DNA of 64,000 nt from Eledone cirrhosa (taxonomy: Eukaryota), in NCBI GenBank assembly GCA_964016885.1, contig OZ024741.1, positions 412,610,001 through 412,674,000 on the forward strand, in the 5' to 3' direction. The notes under the pieces were generated by a model. That model ran no database searches. It saw only the letters and a program-made list of their open reading frames with translations, and was not told the origin of the DNA. Made by a program: the position numbers and the translations under genes. Below, in pieces: positions 36,571 through 49,352 of the stretch (positions are counted from its first letter, which is position 1; the number at the start of each line of letters is the position of its first letter).

Positions 36571-37204
36571 TGGCAACCCTGAGATGCGACGTCTTTTGTT
36601 GTTTCTTCCTTTTCTGCAAAGAAAAAAGGTTTATAATCATGTTGTTGTGCGATTGCTTGATGACGGTCAGGGGGTTCTTGCACATGGACGCACCAGCCAC
36701 CCCACTACCGTGCGCAGCCCTAACATGGTTAGTGTTATTGCTGTTTACGCAGTTATTGCAATATTTATTTGTTGTTGTGCTCATAATTGTTTTGGCATTA
36801 ATACACTGGTTGGATGCCCTTCCTAACACCAGCACCTCTTTACAGCATGGACTGGGTGGTTTTAGTCATGCCACCAGCACTAGAGAGGTTGTCTTACTGG
36901 ACTCAGGGGCCCTCTCTACCCCGCACCAATTTATTCAGAGTAGTAGCACTCCTAGACGGGTTGCCTACATTACAGCTTACAGAGCCTCCGTCTGCCCCGT
37001 GTCTGCTCTGAGCAGAACTGGGCTTAAGGTGCTATATGCACGAGGAAGTACTAGCATATAGCGTCAGGCATGTATACTGGAGCTGGTGGAGTGGGGCGGG
37101 CGCGTGGGATGGGAAATGGCGATTTCCTAACACAGCTTTTATCATACTCAGTAACATACACATAAATATTGCCATCCTATATAAGAAATTACTTATATAT
37201 ATAG

Positions 37205-39700
37205 TTTAATAAATGAACAGAGAACAAAAAACAGAGAGGCAGTACAAATGATATTTGTATTAGTTTCACGCTTGAGAGTGGGGGGTGGGGGACGACGTTT
37301 CGGGCATAATCCCTTCATCAGTGGGTAGGAAGAGAGTTCCGAGGGTGTGTGGGGGAGTGGGGGAAAGACATATTTAAAAAAGGGAGGGGGAGAGAAAGAG
37401 GAAAAACAATTTTTTGGGAGAGAAAAGGAAATCTTTTAAAAGTACAAATAAAAATAAAAATAAAAATAAAAATAAACAAGTGGTGAAAGGGTGTGAGGCG
37501 TGTAGGGTAGTGGTGGGTGGATGGGTGGAGAGGGGAGAGGGAGGTGGGGGTCCGAGCGGGAGGGCTGAAGGTGGTGTAGGTGTACATGTGTGTGTGTGTG
37601 TATGTGAATGTGAGAGGTGGGGGAAGAACGAGGTTCCATGTTCAGGTAAACTGGAAACCGATGTGTACGTGGTGTGGGGTGTCAGTCGATGTGGGCGTGC
37701 GTGTGGATGGAGAGGGAGGAGGGGCGTGTGGAGTCCGAAGGCTGAGTGTGTGTATGTGGAGATACGCACGTCTGTGTTTGTGTTTATATGTGGTCTGGAT
37801 GTAGGTGGCGTGGTTCGAAAATAATGTAAGTGTTTGTTGGTGTGTATGTTCCTAAGGTATTTCCATGGAGGGTGAGACGAGATGTTGGAGATTTCACGTG
37901 TCGTAGAATGGAGAGCTGGAACGATGACCGGTGGTGTGAAATCCTGGTGGGGTAGTGAGGAAGTGAAGAGATGTGGGGTGCCCGCGCAACAGGAAGTGTT
38001 CAGAGGGTCAAGGCAGGGTGAAGAGATAGCAGTAGAGGAGGATGACAGGGTCTGTATGTGGTTCGGACTGTGTGTCTGTGTGTGTGAAGGTGCGGTGGAC
38101 TAGGGAGGGATGGGTTGGTGTGAAAGGTGGAGGAGAAGGTGGTGTTGTGAGGGGATTGTGTGTATATTAGTGGAGGTGTTAGTGGGATGTGTGTGAGGGG
38201 GTGTTGGTGGAGCGGGGAGAGAGAGGAGAGAAAAGGTGTTGGGGACGGAGGAGGGAGTGTAGGTACTGGTGTGTGTGTGTACATATTTGGATATGAGTGT
38301 GTGTGTGGTAGAGAGGGTGTAAGTATTACTGGTGGTGGGGAAGGGGTTGAATGCGGGTGTGTAAGTGGGGGTTAGTGGTGGTTAGGTGTGTGGAGTGGGT
38401 GGTGTATCGGTGTGTACGTAGATGTGGGTGGGTGTATGTGTGATGGTGTGTGTTCGTGTGTGTGGGTGAGGGGGTAGGTGGGTTGGGGATGTTAGTAATA
38501 TTAATTGTGGGGTGGGCAGATGTGGATGTGTAGGTGGGGGTTAGTGATGGTAGTTGGGTGTGTGGATAGTGTGAATGCGTGTATATATGTACAGGTGGGT
38601 GGATGCGTGCGGGGTGTGTGGGTGCGCGGGTGCTAGGGGAGGGGTGGGGATGTTAGTTTTGTTAGTTGGGGGTGTTAGTATTATTAGTTGTGGGGTGGGC
38701 CAAGGGGTGGGGCGGTGAAACTGAGGAGTGTATTAGTGGTGTTAGTGAGGGATGTATGTATGTGTGTGTGTGTGGGGGGGGGGGGGGGGGTCGAAGGCTA
38801 AAGGAATAGGGGTGGGGAGTTCACGCCGGGGTGTGTGAAGGTCTGTAGGGTGAAGATGGTGTGTTGTTCGACCGTCAGGCGGGTGTCCCATGGCATTGGA
38901 TCAGGTAGTGGGAGGAATGCCCAGGGGAGCCAAAGTGACGAGCGATGGGGGAACTCCCACCGAGACGAATATCGCGGAGGTGCTCCGTAAACCGTAAGCG
39001 ACGTCCAGTCTGTCCGACGTGCAGCGAAGTCCATAGACGAGGTTGGAGGAGGTGCAGCGGAAGGAGAGGGGGGTCTTAACCCCTCCGGATGAAATGGCTG
39101 ACTAGAGAAAGGGCCTGGGTCTCGAAGTCAGCATCCTGGCTGCAGAGGCGGCAGATCCGGAGGAGTTGGGAGTAGGGAATAGTGTTTTGTGTGTGTAGGG
39201 TGGGAAGAGGTGAAGTCGAGGTAGAAGTGGGAGGAGGTGGGTTTGAAGAAGGCAGAGGTGACGAGTGAGCGGTGGAAGGGGTCGATGGCGACGGAGATGT
39301 CCAAGAAGTGGACGTGGGTGGTGGAGATAGAGGTGGTGAAGTGGAGGGAGAGTGGAAGGAGCAGAAGAAGGAGAGAAATGAGTCGAGCTGTTCTCGGGTG
39401 AGGGTCGTGGCTCCGATACAGTCATCGATGTAACGACCGTACAGTTCGGGCGTGGGGCCGGTGTACTGGGCAAAGATTTGGGCCTCAACATGGCCAACGA
39501 AAAGGTTGGCATAGTTTGGGCCCATTCTTGTGCCTATGGCTACCCCAGTGACCTGTTGGTAAAACTCACCCGAGAAGGAGAAGCAGCTAAGGGTGAGGAC
39601 CAGCTCGGCGAGGCGAAGGAGGGTGGGGTGGAGGGAACGGGGGAGGGGAGAAGGTCGAGGTAGTGCCGGAGGGCACGTAGGCCGTCGGCATGGGACATAA
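37205..39700 (-). mobile_element. Penelope-like element, 5'-truncated (RT, GIY-YIG remnant, long CA/C-rich 3' UTR, hammerhead)
   Basis: GVAIGTRMGPNYANLFVG...YGRYIDDCIG...IPYSQLLRICRLCS; GQTGRR-like remnant near 38990-39025; hammerhead core at 37292-37324. Confidence 0.85.
37292..37324 (-). ncRNA. Hammerhead core (stem I degenerate)
   Basis: Reverse complement CTGATGA-a-ggg-attatg-ccc-GAAA-cg-TC; same layout as 13425-13460. Confidence 0.6.
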
Positions 39701-40505
39701 CTGTCTACAACATAGATAGTGTCTTACATTAGAAATATGGTAATAGAAAAGTTGAGGTAATATTATTCAATTTCATTTTATTATCTATGTATTCTAATTA
39801 AACTATTGTGTTACCTGTCATATATTGGATAATTGGAGTGGAGACTATATATTGGCCACTGTGGGTTACATTAGGTAATGTTACACAGGCTTAAATAATT
39901 ATAAAATTCATAGGGTTTATATGATATAATGAACGGACTATTAATACTTAAGTAAGGAACATAAAATTACATGTTTCTATTGTGTGTGTATGTGCAATGA
40001 CGTTGTGTATAGTAAGCTATCAAAGGGAGGTAAGTATAAGGGAGATAACCTTTATAATGAACGGACTATTAATACCTAAGTAAAGTACATAAACATTGGA
40101 TACAAACACAGGATCAATTGAGGTTTACATAAAATCGTGTAAAAAAATGATAATGTGTGAAAATAAATAACAAGGTACATACCAATAAAATACCCTAATA
40201 TGGAGAATACCATCCAGGGTGGGGACATAAGAATGCCACTGATCTTAAACTACCCTACTATTCATGAGCACACTAGGAGGGTGACTCTCTACTCTCTTCA
40301 CCCTACAGGTACCTGGTTAGAGAAAGCTTATTGACTTGAGTCATACTCACTAAATTCACCGACACTTTAACAAATGCACAGGAGGGGGGAGCACTTTCTT
40401 CTCTACCTTCACCCTGCTTTCCAAGACTTATACTAGAATGATTTTTCTTCTTCTTTTCCTTTATCTTTTTCTTCTTCTCCCTCTTATTTCAGAGAAGGTT
40501 GTGTG

Positions 40506-40549
<44 letters not shown>

Positions 40550-40552
40550 TGT

Positions 40553-40588
<36 letters not shown>

Positions 40589-41879
40589 GGCAGAGTCCTC
40601 AGAGGCACCTTCCAGTACATTCTATCAGAAGCAACCGTCTACAAATGATCCGACTTTATCTCTGAGTCCAACTAAATTGATGGATATTATTTGTGGTTTA
40701 CACCTGGGTCTTCTTCCAGCTGGCTTTGACCGTGAAATCTGACCAAGAAATCTTTCCTTGGACATCCTAACCATATGTCCATAGTATCAGATCTGTGATG
40801 TCTCAATTAGGAGATGTAACGACTCTATATGGACTGGGTCCTTAATCTCCGAGATATACACCTATAGTGTTTAACTCTGGCTAAAAAAAACTTGCCATAA
40901 TTCAGTAAGTATCAGGTAGACAATACATTAGAGAAAGACGTGATGTTCACGGATGGAACACGTTTGATTAAAGGTCGGCTTAAGTCATGTCTGACATGGA
41001 AATAAAACACTGACTTTGCATAGTTACAGACATGACTCTACAATATACAGAGTAGTCTCCCTTGTACTGTTCAAACATCTATTTTAATATATTATACAGG
41101 GTGAGTATAATGTCTTTCCCTCAATATAAACCTTTATTAAGCAAAACAAAAACAGTTTTTGACACACTTATAGCATATGTCTAGAAGTTGTTTTCCTTCA
41201 CACCTGAACTTCAGTAACTTCAGCATGGACCTCACCCGGAGCACAGTGATATTCAATTTCATGCCATGTCTTCTGAATCATACATATCAAATAGAGAATA
41301 TATTTATTTGCCGCTGTGCTGCCAAATGATGCCGAAAGCCACTGACCTGCATCTCCGGCCAAGAAGGCGACAGCAACAGGATAATAACACCGGCCCCGCA
41401 TCTTCGGTAAAAGAAGGCGCTCGAGCCTCAGCATTCTGCGTGGCAGCCCGACCTGGTAGCCGTTTCATCTCCACCACCATTAACAAGAGGAAGGCAACGA
41501 CAACAACTCTGACATTAACATCAACAACACACATGTGTATAGATCAACATCTCACCAGCAATCTTCACCATTAACAAGAGGAAGGCAACGACGACAACAG
41601 TGACATTAACAACAACTCTACCATTAACAAGAGGAAGCCAACCCCAGCATCAGTGACTCACCTCCAGCCACAAGGTCCTATGACAAACTGCTAAGTTGCT
41701 CGCATGTATGCGTGCTGAACTCTGGGTCTTTTCGCTGGGAACAACCCCCTGTTTCCCCCCCCCCCTTTTGTACATTCATCCATTCACTCATTCATTTACT
41801 AACATTCTACCTTCCTGTGTGTCCCCCTCCATGCAGCTCCTTCTTTTCTGTCTTGTTTTCCTACGCCTCTATATATATA

Positions 41880-44800
41880 TAGGTGAGCTATCAGGCCCTC
41901 TTACCAGTACTTTCCCTTCCACCCACACACGCCAGCCACCCATCTCTGATGCCGCTCGGTGCCCCAGTCCCCGGCCCCACACCCCATCCCCTGTCCCTCC
42001 AAGCCGACACTTGCAGCACTTGCAGCACCACTAACAAACGCAAGAGGGGCCGGAACTGTTTGGGGTGCGGCTGCTTCTACCACCTCACCTGCGTTGGCTT
42101 GACTCATCGAGCTTCCGATGCCCTCACAGCGTGGAGGTGCAGGAGCTGCCTCTTCCCCACGTCTTCCCAGCCACAGTTGTCTGGCACACCAACAGCTGGG
42201 ACAGCGAGCTTGCCAGGCGCCCAAGCCTCGCTGGTCAATATCGCTCGGCTCAGGCGGCTCCAGAAGATCCCACTCAGGATCCCGAGAGTGAAACGGGTGT
42301 CGGTAGCCGATGCCCTCACTTCCTCGATTGAGAGCGCCCTGGACTCCAATCGAGCCAGTGACTGGGAGCGGCTGTTCTATTCGCTCCACTCGCCCTCGGC
42401 CTCCCCAGCTCTGGTGCTGACCGGGGCGGCCGGTCAACAGCAGCCTTTGTCAAGGCCAATGTCTCGTCCTTTGGACGAGCGCCGATTCCAAGCGTGCCAA
42501 GGGACGCCACACACCCCACCCCTAGGTACCCCCTATCCTCCACCCCCGAGGCCAGCGCCAAGCGTTTGCATGACCAGGTAAACGCCAAGCTTATCATGGG
42601 TGATGTCTCGGCCGCAGTCAGAGTTGTTGCCTCAGGGGACACTGTCCTCCAGCCCACCGAGGAGGTCCTGGCTGCTCTGCGACTCAAACACCCTGAGCCA
42701 CCTACTGATCTCAGAGCCATACCCCACCCGACTCCCACTTGCTTCTCGTGGCTTCTGATGCAGACATCATGTCCGCCATCAGGTCCTTCCCAGCTAGCAG
42801 CTGCGGAGGTGTTGATGGTCTCCGACAAGGCCACCCCAAGGAGTTGATAGTCCCCCTCTCCGCTGAGGCCGGGCGCCGCCTTCTGAGTGCGATTGTGGCG
42901 CTCACCAATAGGCTCATCCATGGCGCCCTGGACCCTTACCCCCGAGGCCTCTTTTTTCTGCCAGCCTCACCGCTCTCAGGAGGAAAGAGGGTGGCATACG
43001 CCCCATGCTGTGGGCAATGTCTTCCGGAGGCTGGCTGCCAAGGTGATCTACACATCCGTAACACACGAACTGGGTGAGGAGTTTAGTCCGGTGGCTGTGA
43101 GGGAGCCGCTCATGCAGCCATGCAGTTCTTCAACAGCTGCCCATCGGAACCGGCATCCAGGGACTCCAGGCACCTCATTGTCAAGCTTGACATGAGGAAT
43201 GCCTTCAACTCTTTACGCCGGGATCATCTGCTCGAGGCCAGCCTCAGCCGAGCCCGCTCTTCCTACCCGCTGGCGTACCTGTCTTATGGAGCCCCGAGCA
43301 TGCTCCTTGCTACTGGGGTCCAACAGGGCGACCCTTTGGGACCCCTCCTGTTCGCCCTTGGTATTGACCACATCGCCCGGAGTATCACGCCCCCCCTAAA
43401 CGTTTGGTATCTGGATGATGCTACGTTGGGCGGGCCCGTACGGACGGTCTGCCATGACCTTCAATCGGTGGTTCCTGCCTTGGCGGGAATCGGCCACCAG
43501 GTCAACTCGGCCAAGTCGGAGGTGGTGAATGTCAGCCTCGACGCTGTGAGCTTTGCAGCCTCCGTCTTGGACGTGCGGTCCATTCTCCGCCAGGTTCAGG
43601 TAACACCCCAAAGAGGATGTCCTCATCCTCGGGTCACCGATCCAGCCGCCGGCCATCCGCTCCACCATCAGGTCCAGGCTTCAACAGCTCCAGACTCTCA
43701 CGAGCCGACTGGGCTTGATTGACGGCCACCCAGCTCTCTTTCTGCTGACGAACTGCTTCGCCATGCCGAAGCTCCTCCATACACTCCGCAGCGCTCCGTG
43801 CTACACCCAGACATCTCTCCTCGCTGACCTCGATACTTGTATCCGAGCAGCATCCGAGGAGATATACAACGTCATGTTTGACGACATAGGGTGGCAACAG
43901 GCCACTTTACCTCTCAGGTATGGCGGCCTTGGCCTCCGATCCCCGATCTCACTAGCTTTGCCGGCGTATCTTTCGTCGGTAACTTCGTGCCGCGTCCTCG
44001 TCAGCAGGGTTCTTCAAAACACAACAGAACCCTCTGTGTTCAGAGAACGTGAGGCCACCTGTGAGACGTAGGACCGGCTGGGACTTAGCCCAGTAGATGT
44101 CCCTTCTCCTTCTCCCGCTGTTGACGTCAAGTCCCTCAACGCACTTGGGATGCCATCCAGTGCGCCTGGCTTCAGACAGGCTCACGCGCCAGCTCGACCA
44201 GCACCGCCTTGCTTGTTTTCGTGCGGCCTCCAAAGCCAACAGTGGTTCCTGGCTCCATGCCCTGCCCTCCTTCTCCACTGGCACGCAGCTAGACAACCAT
44301 AGCCTGTGAATCGGCGGTTCCCTGAGGTTCGGCCTCCGGATCTGCCAGCCACACCAATGTCGCTGCGGTTCCACCGTGGACTCTTTCGGCCTCCACCCGC
44401 TTTCCTGTCGCCACAGTGCCGGCCGCATTCCACGCCATGCTGCCCTCAACGAGGTCATTAAGCATGGCTTGGATGCTGCAGGCTTCCCTACCCAGCTCGA
44501 GCTGGTGGGGGCGGATCGAGGAGACGGCAAAAGGCCAGATGGCATGACCATCTTCCCGTTCCGCGGTGGTAAACCCCTCGTCTGGGATTCCACTTGCACC
44601 GACACTTTCTGCAGCCACAACCTGGTGCAGTCTGCGACTGGCCCAGGTTCTGCTGCACGTCGGGCTGAGGGGGGCCAAACTCCTCAGATACCGGTCGCTC
44701 TCCGACAGGTTTGCGGTCGTACCCCTGGCAGTGGAAACTTCTGGTGTCCTCGGCCCCAGGGCTACCTCCTTACTCACCACCATAGGCGCTGAGCTGGCCA

Positions 44801-44985
44801 GCCGCAGGTGTGAACCCCGCGAGTTGGAGTGGCTCTTCCAGCGCGTCTCCCTTGCCGTCCTTCGGGGAAACGCCTTCTCCATTCTGTCCGCCGGGGATGT
44901 GGGTGGGCCCCATCGCGTACCGTTGTAGTTGTTGTAGAGACCCTTCTAATTAAATACACATTCTGAATATTAAAAAAAAAAAAAA
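41880..44985 (+). mobile_element. CRE-clade-like non-LTR retrotransposon, near full length and frameshifted (PHD finger, RT, REL endonuclease, poly-A)
   Basis: PHD at 42012-42149; KLDMRNAFNS, GVQQGDPLGPLLF, WYLDD, LPLRYGGLG, CRC...H.LSC, DGKRPDG, FQRVSLAVLRGN; stop at 44928; A14 tail at 44972-44985; GC-rich. The 5' boundary is uncertain. Confidence 0.85.
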
Positions 44986-45406
44986 TTTAGTATGTTTATT
45001 TAAGCGATCGCCACCGGAAGTGTTGACATTTCAGAAACTGTTACATATGTTATTGATTCAGTATATATTCATTATTGTTTTACAGGTTTCAGTCATTAGG
45101 ATATGGCCATGCTGGAGCACCAACTTGATTTAGTCTTTTATACAAAATTTATTTTGTCAAGCCTAGTAGTTATTTTTAATCTGTTAAAGTTTAATCTGTT
45201 AAGTTTAATCTGTTGAAACTATGTTACAAGACAAATGGAGACACATGTAAACATTAAGATAGACACCGTATACACATATACATGTACATATGCATATATA
45301 TATACATATATATACAAAAAATGTTAAGCTTGTTGAATCCCAACAAATTAAATATAACCTCTGCATATATATATATATATATATATATATAGTTTTAATA
45401 TAGATG

Positions 45407-45457
45407 AGATTCTACAGGACTAGAACTGTTTCATTCTTTAGAAATCATCAGGAATCT
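45407..45457 (-). ncRNA. Type I hammerhead motif with a self-closing stem III
   Basis: Reverse complement agattc-CTGATGA-t-ttc-taaa-gaa-t-GAAA-cag-ttctagtc-ctg-TA-gaatct. Confidence 0.85.
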
Positions 45458-45670
45458 GGCTTTCCTAAATAAATGTTGTGGTATTTATATATTTTCAGGT
45501 GGTAGGAGAGGGTGGGGAGTGGGATGGGTGGAGGTCATTGGTTGAAAGAAAAGGGAATTCATTAAAATCTAATTCTTTAAGGTTATAATTTATATTTAGA
45601 GTGACAAAGGCAGAAAGAATTCTATAAACAAGTTCAGAATGGGGTGCCACTCCTTATTTTTAAATTTCTC

Positions 45671-45897
45671 TTAACCCTTTAACGTTCAAACCGGCCAAAA
45701 CCGGCTAGAATTCTCTACCTCTTTCTGTTGAAACTGGTTGTAACTGGTCGCTCAAACCAATGTTAAGGTATTGTTCTCAAAATAAATACTTTCAAAATCT
45801 CTAGATTCGATATTATGTGAGATAATTATGTGAGGTAAAGCCTTTACAATGAAAATATAATAGTATATATAGAGTAATGTGAATGCTAAAGGGTTAA
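45671..45897. mobile_element. piggyBac-type MITE
   Basis: TTAA-CCCTTTAACGTTCA ... TGAATGCTAAAGGG-TTAA. Confidence 0.85.
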
Positions 45898-46100
45898 GCT
45901 AACAATGCCTATATTTCAGGTGTTTATAAGATGGTTGGGGTCGGTCATGGTTGATGGATTTAAAGAAAAGGGAAATTCTTTAAAGCTCTACTTAGAGTGA
46001 CAAAGGCCAAGAGAATTCTATAAACCAGTTCAAATATTGGGTGCCTATCATTATTGTCATGTTTCTCTTAAGCTATATTTCAGGTGACAACAGACAAATC

Positions 46101-46171
<71 letters not shown>

Positions 46172-46174
<3 letters not shown>

Positions 46175-47010
46175 TATGTATACGTACATACATATATGTA
46201 TATAGACGTACAGTAGTATGTATATATATATACATACATGCACACATATATATATGTACGTATGGATTCACCGAACATTTATTATAATGCTCGTTTTTTT
46301 GTAAACAAACATCCCGAATTAAGCCGTACAGTGTTTAGCAACCATCGTTGCCCTTTTGTTCAACACTGACAAAGGAACAATGTACTAGTTTCAAGCTTAT
46401 TAGCTATCGTCAGCACCGTATACCTTCCTGCCAGATGATTGAACGTCTGAAAGTATATACTTTCCTTATGCATATTAACGGCTGAGTAGCCTAATTTGCA
46501 TATCGCGTGAGTTAATCGGCCGGGCGTACCAAAATCGATAAATGGAAAAAATGAAACGAAATTTCATTTCTCACTCTTAGAACGGCTGTTACTTAAATAT
46601 AAGTATGTATACGTACATACATATATGTATACAGACGTGCTAAGAGTGAGAAATGAAATTTCGTTTCATTTTTTCCATTTATCGTTTTCGGTACGCCCGG
46701 CCGATTAACTCACGCGATATGCAAAATAGACTACTCAGCCGTTGAACTTGAAACTAGTACATCGTTCCTTTGCCAGTGTTGAACAAAAGGGCAACGATGG
46801 TTGCTAAACACTGTACGGCTTAATTCGGGATGTTTCTTTACAAACAAATCGAGCATTATAATACGTGTGCATGTATGTGTCCATGTATGTATATATATAT
46901 ACATACTACTGTACGTCTGTATACATATATGTATGTACGTATACATATTTATATTTAAGTAACAGCCCTACTAAGAGTGAGAAATGAAATTTCGTTTCAT
47001 TTTTTCCATT
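46172..47010. mobile_element. Inverted pair of more-than-unit-length copies of the 429-nt hammerhead unit, in (TA)n
   Basis: Minus copy 46172-46639 (period 429); plus copy 46640-47010 with internal deletions. Both cross the same head-to-tail junction. Confidence 0.85.
46378..46418 (-). ncRNA. Minimal type I hammerhead motif
   Basis: Reverse complement cggtg-CTGACGA-t-agct-aata-agct-t-GAAA-ctag-TA-cattg. Confidence 0.8.
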
Positions 47011-47033
47011 TATATATATATATATATATTCAT

Positions 47034-47121
<88 letters not shown>

Positions 47122-47127
<6 letters not shown>

Positions 47128-47680
47128 GAGGGCAATCCCCAAAGTAAGGCCTCCTTTTTTTTTAGAAATACAAACAACCGTTTATTTCCTATAATATTTA
47201 CATCATTTTAAAGGTTTACAATTATTTATTTTTCCACATAATCGGCATTTCGGTCGATGCATTTTTGTAGACGCTGTGGCAGTTTTGTATGCCCATGTCA
47301 TACCAGCTCACCGCCATGTCCTCCAGGAAGTGTTGAACCTCATCTTTCACCTCTTCGTCGGAGCAGAATCGCCTCCCGGCCAAATGTTCTTTCAACTTAG
47401 GGGACAGGTGGTAGTCACTGGGTGCCAAGTCCGGACTATAGGGTGGGTGGGTGATGATGTTCCAACCAAAATTCGCGGGAAGAATCAACTCGTTGCCGTT
47501 TGTGGTCTTCTGTCAGCATTCGTGGCACCCATCTTGCACACACCTTCCGATATTGCAACTTTTCCGTTAAAATCCTGTTGATGGTGCTTCGGCAAACCTC
47601 AGGAACCAAAATGCAGAGAGCATCCAGAGTGATCAGCTGATCTTTACGCATGTTTTCCTCAACCCTTGCGACTGTCTCGT
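47122..47680 (-). pseudogene. Mariner transposase remnant
   Basis: KVCARWVPRMLT and HPPYSPDLAPSDYHL motifs; TA-CACGAGGG terminus; internal deletion. Confidence 0.9.
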
Positions 47681-47699
47681 ATATATGTATGTATATGTA

Positions 47700-49205
47700 T
47701 ATATATATACATATACATACATATAAAGAGAAAACATGCTGACTACAATTATAACGGAGGAAGGTAAAGTCCTGCTGTAGTAGTATTTTGAAATGTTCTT
47801 GGATTTAGGTTCATGTGTTGACAGCAGCTGAGAAGAGATATATTTATGGGTTGATAAGGTACTTACAGACATTAGTGTGGTATAGAACTAAAAAGGTTAG
47901 AATGTACTTAATGATTATATTTCTGTGGTGGTTCGTGCAGTAGAGTGGGTATCCTAAGTTGAAAGCTAAGTTACGTCGGTTCGATTCACGGAGGTTTAAA
48001 TCTTGTGAATTTAGTGGCGATCCTGTGTCTGCAGAAGATTGATCTTTCTAACTTCTTGTTGAGTAGCCTTTTTACATTTCTAAGGATATATAGTAATTCT
48101 AGATCACAGAGCCTACAGTGGGACATACCGGTACTGTAGGTCTTTGCAGCCGACAACCTCGACCAGTTGATACTGTAGTTGGTGTTATTGTCCTTAAGTT
48201 CCCAGATTTTTTTGGCGAGGGTTGTAGAACCCATAAGTGCACGATTTTTCATCGAGTGTCTGTGCACATACCATCTTTTTTTAAAAGTACCCGCGGTGGA
48301 TCCAATGTAATGCCAAGTGGAGTTGTCTGAGTTGATCGTACACATGTATACTAGGCTCGAATCAAGGCATCTATTCGCCAATGGGTAGGTGACAGTTACA
48401 GTTTGAGGTGTTATTTCGTGCAGCTTCCACACTGCTGTTTTGTACACTGCTATAAGTGGGTTGTGATTCATGCCCGTTGGGGTTTTGCTGCTGCGTGCTT
48501 GTATGCGCTTGTAGTTGTGATACTGTGATGTGTTTATGTTTATAATTTGGTGCTATGTTGCGCATAGGTGGGGCGGATTCCCTAGAGGTATTTCTGTGGT
48601 TGATCTTGCGTATGTGGGATTCTATATTTGCTGCCGTAGAGTATGAGAGTTTTATAGTTTTTCTATTGAGTATTTTATGATATCTGTGTGAAATAGGGAA
48701 GTGTTTATGTATTAGTTTAAAGAATGTAGAAGGCAGTCTAGTTTTTACAGAGGAGTTGAAGATTGGGTTGAACCATAGGTATTTTCTTTCTCTGATTCTT
48801 CTATTGTTTTTAGGGTTTACATTATTGGTGTTTGGACCGCTTACTCTAAGTGCTACGTGCCTAACTCTATGTCTAGTCCTGTTACCTCTATTTTTGTGTG
48901 AGCGGTTGGTGTAATTGCTATTAGGTTTGTTTAAGTTGTCTTTATTCGCTATATACTGCAGTTTATTTTTATGTCCAGCCCTATGTAATGCTGCGTTATA
49001 ATAGTTAGCATGTTCATTAAAAATTCTAGCCTATACCACACTAAAGTCTGTAAGTACCTTATCAACCCATAAATATATCTCTTCTCAGCTGCTGTCAACA
49101 CATGAACCTAAATCCAAGAACATTTCAAAATACTACTACAGCAGAACTTTACCTTCTTCCTGTTATAATTATAGTCAGCATGTTTTCTCTTTATATGTAT
49201 GTATG
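47700..49205 (-). mobile_element. Penelope-like 3' portion (GIY-YIG) with inverted copy of its own 3' end
   Basis: ORF 47986-48471 CHLP...CLDSSLVY...YIGSTAGTFKKRW..H...CRLC..E. About 47715-47886 is the reverse complement of 49031-49200. Confidence 0.85.

Positions 49206-49352
<147 letters not shown>

Noticed and set aside
37330-38790. G-rich ORFs and G-quadruplex-like tract
   Set aside because: Low-complexity 3' UTR of the minus-strand Penelope-like element.
41097-41290. Possible Tc1/mariner end (TA-CAGGGTG)
   Set aside because: Only one end and a short decayed segment are visible; no partner TIR was found.
41880-44985. GC-rich island as bacterial or horizontally transferred DNA
   Set aside because: Fully explained by a non-LTR retrotransposon with a poly-A tail and a second local fragment.
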